Of a stretch of 56,348 bases of DNA, positions 54,110-56,348 are shown piece after piece; position 1 is the stretch's first letter; each line of letters starts with the position of its first letter. The notes under the pieces were generated by a model. That model ran no database searches and was not told the DNA's origin. It was given only the letters and a program-made list of their open reading frames with translations. This DNA comes from Ruminococcus sp. UBA3855 (GTDB lineage: Bacteria; Bacillota; Clostridia; Oscillospirales; Ruminococcaceae). A program made the translations under genes and the position numbers. The DNA lies in the NCBI GenBank assembly GCA_002392545.1, contig DGHF01000136.1, positions 7,932-64,279 of the forward strand. Reading direction: 5' to 3'.

Positions 54110-55537
54110 TTATTTTTTACCAATGAGCAAAGACGAACCAGAAAGGAACATCCATTTCGATTCCCATGGAGTCATAAATTTGCAGTCGGTTGTATCAATC
54201 AGCTCCACACGTTCAAAACCAAGTTCTTCCAATTTGTTGATAAGCTTCTGAATATCACCATAATGGGATTTTGACATAATGTCATGAATGGCGAATGTAC
54301 CGCCTTTTTTGAGAACTCTCAATGTTTCCAGAATCAAGGCTTGCTTATCTTCTCCCATGATATTGTGATATACATAATTACTGGTGACACAATCGAAACT
54401 TTCATCAGGGAAATCAAGATGCATTGCATCCCCCTGTGCAAAGGTAACATTCTTCACACCCTCTGCAAGGGCATTCTTTTCGCACAACTTCAGATTAAAA
54501 CAATCATATTCTTTGCCCCATCTGTCAATTCCGACCATTCTCCCCTGAGGATTATTCTTTGCACATGCAATGGTCAATGCACCGCTTCCACAGCCAACAT
54601 CCAGACCAACACCATTTTCAGGAAGTTCAATATATTTTGCAACTCCCTCCACAATCTGCCTTGACATCTGACGAGTTCCGTCATAATCAAACGCTTTGTG
54701 CATATTTTTCGCCCAAATCGTCGCTGAGGTCATGGCAAGCGTTCCCACACTCAGACCAATTGACAAAAGATTGTTTTTCTTGTTTTTTCGGTCTCCTGCA
54801 ATCATGGAAACCGCCATTCCCAAAGCGAAGACATCCGTCCCCAATTCCAGCTGATGAATGAGTTTTTCCGGCATCCAGTTTCTGTATTCTGGTTTAGACG
54901 GGATTTCGATTTTCTCATCTGCGAATTTTTCGGAATGAATGCATTCCACGTACATCATGGGAATTGCACCGTCAAAAATTTCCGTATTTCCCACGCTCCA
55001 GCCGTTTTCTTCTAAAAATTCGGGATAAGTTTCTTCACTCCAATGGGCATCAAAGGTAATCCCAGCCACGGAAAGCATTTTCGACCAAAAAGCCGTTCTG
55101 CGGTTTCCGTTTTCATGAATGAAATTCGGGGCAATCAGAATGCCTTCCGGTTTCAGAACCCTTGCAATTTCAGAGAGTACCCTCTCCGGCTTTTCAATCA
55201 CGTGTAAGGCATTGGCAATGATAACCACATCAAAACTATTGTCCGAAAAAGGCAGTGCATCCGCCGAAGCCTGACGGAAAGTCAGATTCGAGGGAATAAT
55301 GCCCTTCTGTGCTTCTTTGAGCATATTTTCCGCAAAATCGACTGCAATGGTTTGTTTTGCAGAAGCGGAAATATGCTTGGCAATTTTGCCTGTGCCGGTT
55401 GCAATTTCCAATACATTCTTGTCAAAACACACAGCACGGATTTTCTCGTAAAGTTTTTCATATGCACTATCATTCATTTTCATGAATTTGTCGTAAACAG
55501 GCGCATACAGATTCCAGATAGTTTCATTGTTCTTCAT
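54110..55537 (-). CDS. Fusion of two class I SAM-dependent methyltransferase domains joined by a hydrophobic hairpin
   Basis: 475 aa. Motif I appears twice (VLEIATGTGKIA and GLDVGCGSGALT). Between them are two hydrophobic segments (DVFALGMAVSMIAG and LLSIGLSVGTLAMTSATIWA). Confidence 0.75.
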   Translation of the reverse strand: MKNNETIWNLYAPVYDKFMKMNDSAYEKLYEKIRAVCFDKNVLEIATGTGKIAKHISASAKQTIAVDFAENMLKEAQKGIIPSNLTFRQASADALPFSDNSFDVVIIANALHVIEKPERVLSEIARVLKPEGILIAPNFIHENGNRRTAFWSKMLSVAGITFDAHWSEETYPEFLEENGWSVGNTEIFDGAIPMMYVECIHSEKFADEKIEIPSKPEYRNWMPEKLIHQLELGTDVFALGMAVSMIAGDRKNKKNNLLSIGLSVGTLAMTSATIWAKNMHKAFDYDGTRQMSRQIVEGVAKYIELPENGVGLDVGCGSGALTIACAKNNPQGRMVGIDRWGKEYDCFNLKLCEKNALAEGVKNVTFAQGDAMHLDFPDESFDCVTSNYVYHNIMGEDKQALILETLRVLKKGGTFAIHDIMSKSHYGDIQKLINKLEELGFERVELIDTTDCKFMTPWESKWMFLSGSSLLIGKK

Positions 55538-55598
55538 GGTAAATTCCTCCTTTATTGTAAAAAATAATCACTATTTCTGCATTGTGAAACAATGCTGT

Positions 55599-56348
55599 TT
55601 ATCTGTCAATCACGGATATTCCCAGACCAGCTGACCCTATTCCGGTATGACAGACCACACTGCACGACAGTGCATCATAACGAATTTTAAATTCCGGAAA
55701 CATGGTTTGTATCTGATTCTGCCATTCCTTGGCTTCTTCCTCCGTCTCAAATGAACCAGCGGTGGAAATACGTATTTTCTCATAAGAAATATGTTTCAAA
55801 CGGTTCTGCAAATCATCCTGAACAGCATCAACAATTTTCTGTTTTGCATTCTTCATTCCTCTTGGTTTGGCGAATGATTCAAATTTATCGCCCATATTCA
55901 CCAATACGGGCTTGATATTGAGAACGGTTGCAATCGTCGCAGTACTCGCAGACACACGACCGCTTTTTTTGAGATATTCCAATGTGTCCACTGCTAAATA
56001 GATTACAGAATTGCCGGCATTTTTCTCCAGTCTCTGCCTGATGTCAAGCGCAGACATTCCCTGTTCTGCCATGTATAAACCATCCATGACCGATTCACGC
56101 AACGTTACTGAAATTCGTCTTAAATCCGCCACCTGCACTTTTCCATTGTAATCCTCTGCAACTGCTGTTGCTGATGCACATGACCCACTCAGACCGCTTG
56201 ACATTGGCATATAGACAATTTCATCATAGCCCATCTTGAAAATTTTATCCCATTGTTCCATTATCAGCCCTACAGATGGTTGAGAAGTGGAAACTTCTTT
56301 TCTGTTATGCATTGCGTGAAATACATCTTTGTGTGTGACATCAATTCC
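55599..56348 (-). CDS. DegV-family fatty-acid-binding protein (5' end outside the window)
   Basis: The frame stays open to the window edge (..GIDVTHKDVFHAMHNRKEVSTSQPS..). DegV pattern SSGLSGSCASA. Confidence 0.8.
   Translation of the reverse strand, partial: GIDVTHKDVFHAMHNRKEVSTSQPSVGLIMEQWDKIFKMGYDEIVYMPMSSGLSGSCASATAVAEDYNGKVQVADLRRISVTLRESVMDGLYMAEQGMSALDIRQRLEKNAGNSVIYLAVDTLEYLKKSGRVSASTATIATVLNIKPVLVNMGDKFESFAKPRGMKNAKQKIVDAVQDDLQNRLKHISYEKIRISTAGSFETEEEAKEWQNQIQTMFPEFKIRYDALSCSVVCHTGIGSAGLGISVIDR

Noticed and set aside
1-56348. CRISPR arrays, IS elements/transposases, integrases, prophage genes, rRNA operons
   Set aside because: I found no regularly spaced direct repeats and no ORF with transposase, integrase or phage-structural motifs. 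The only repeat family seen is the hairpin repeat near 32065-33030.

Overview
This 56.3-kb chromosomal window looks like a Gram-positive anaerobe, with Clostridia-type content: a FabK-based fab cluster, sufCBDSU, long-form HPF, an FHA-SEDS-bPBP operon and a [FeFe]-hydrogenase-like sensor. I call 52 protein genes, 2 tRNAs (Arg-ACG, Trp-CCA), a set of sigma-A-type promoters and intrinsic terminators, and one tandem structured repeat. Most of the window is housekeeping: glgX, pta, amt-glnK, suf, rplM-rpsI, acc/fab, hpf and cell-wall genes. The stand-out is a minus-strand three-gene cassette at 9801-17684. It encodes a WYL-domain (BrxR/CapW-like) regulator, a 1904-aa protein with TPR-like repeats and a C-terminal P-loop NTPase (Arch_ATPase/ORC-like, STAND-style), and a translationally coupled 351-aa protein ending in an Rx4H HEPN-type motif. 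I cannot assign this combination to any named system and propose it as a candidate uncharacterised anti-phage (abortive-infection type) system. Secondary observations are: two ~96-bp tandem hairpin repeats with identical loops and compensatory stem changes in the leader of a DUF1624 membrane-protein gene; a circularly permuted solute-binding lipoprotein next to two tandem paralogues with acidic tails; a sensory-type hydrogenase homologue with a coiled-coil tail; a fab/acc cluster lacking accB/accC; a second WYL regulator appended to a cell-wall operon; and a family of near-identical promoters with phased A/T tracts. I saw no CRISPR array, transposase, integrase or rRNA. All function calls rest on motifs read by eye from the translations. 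No database search was possible.
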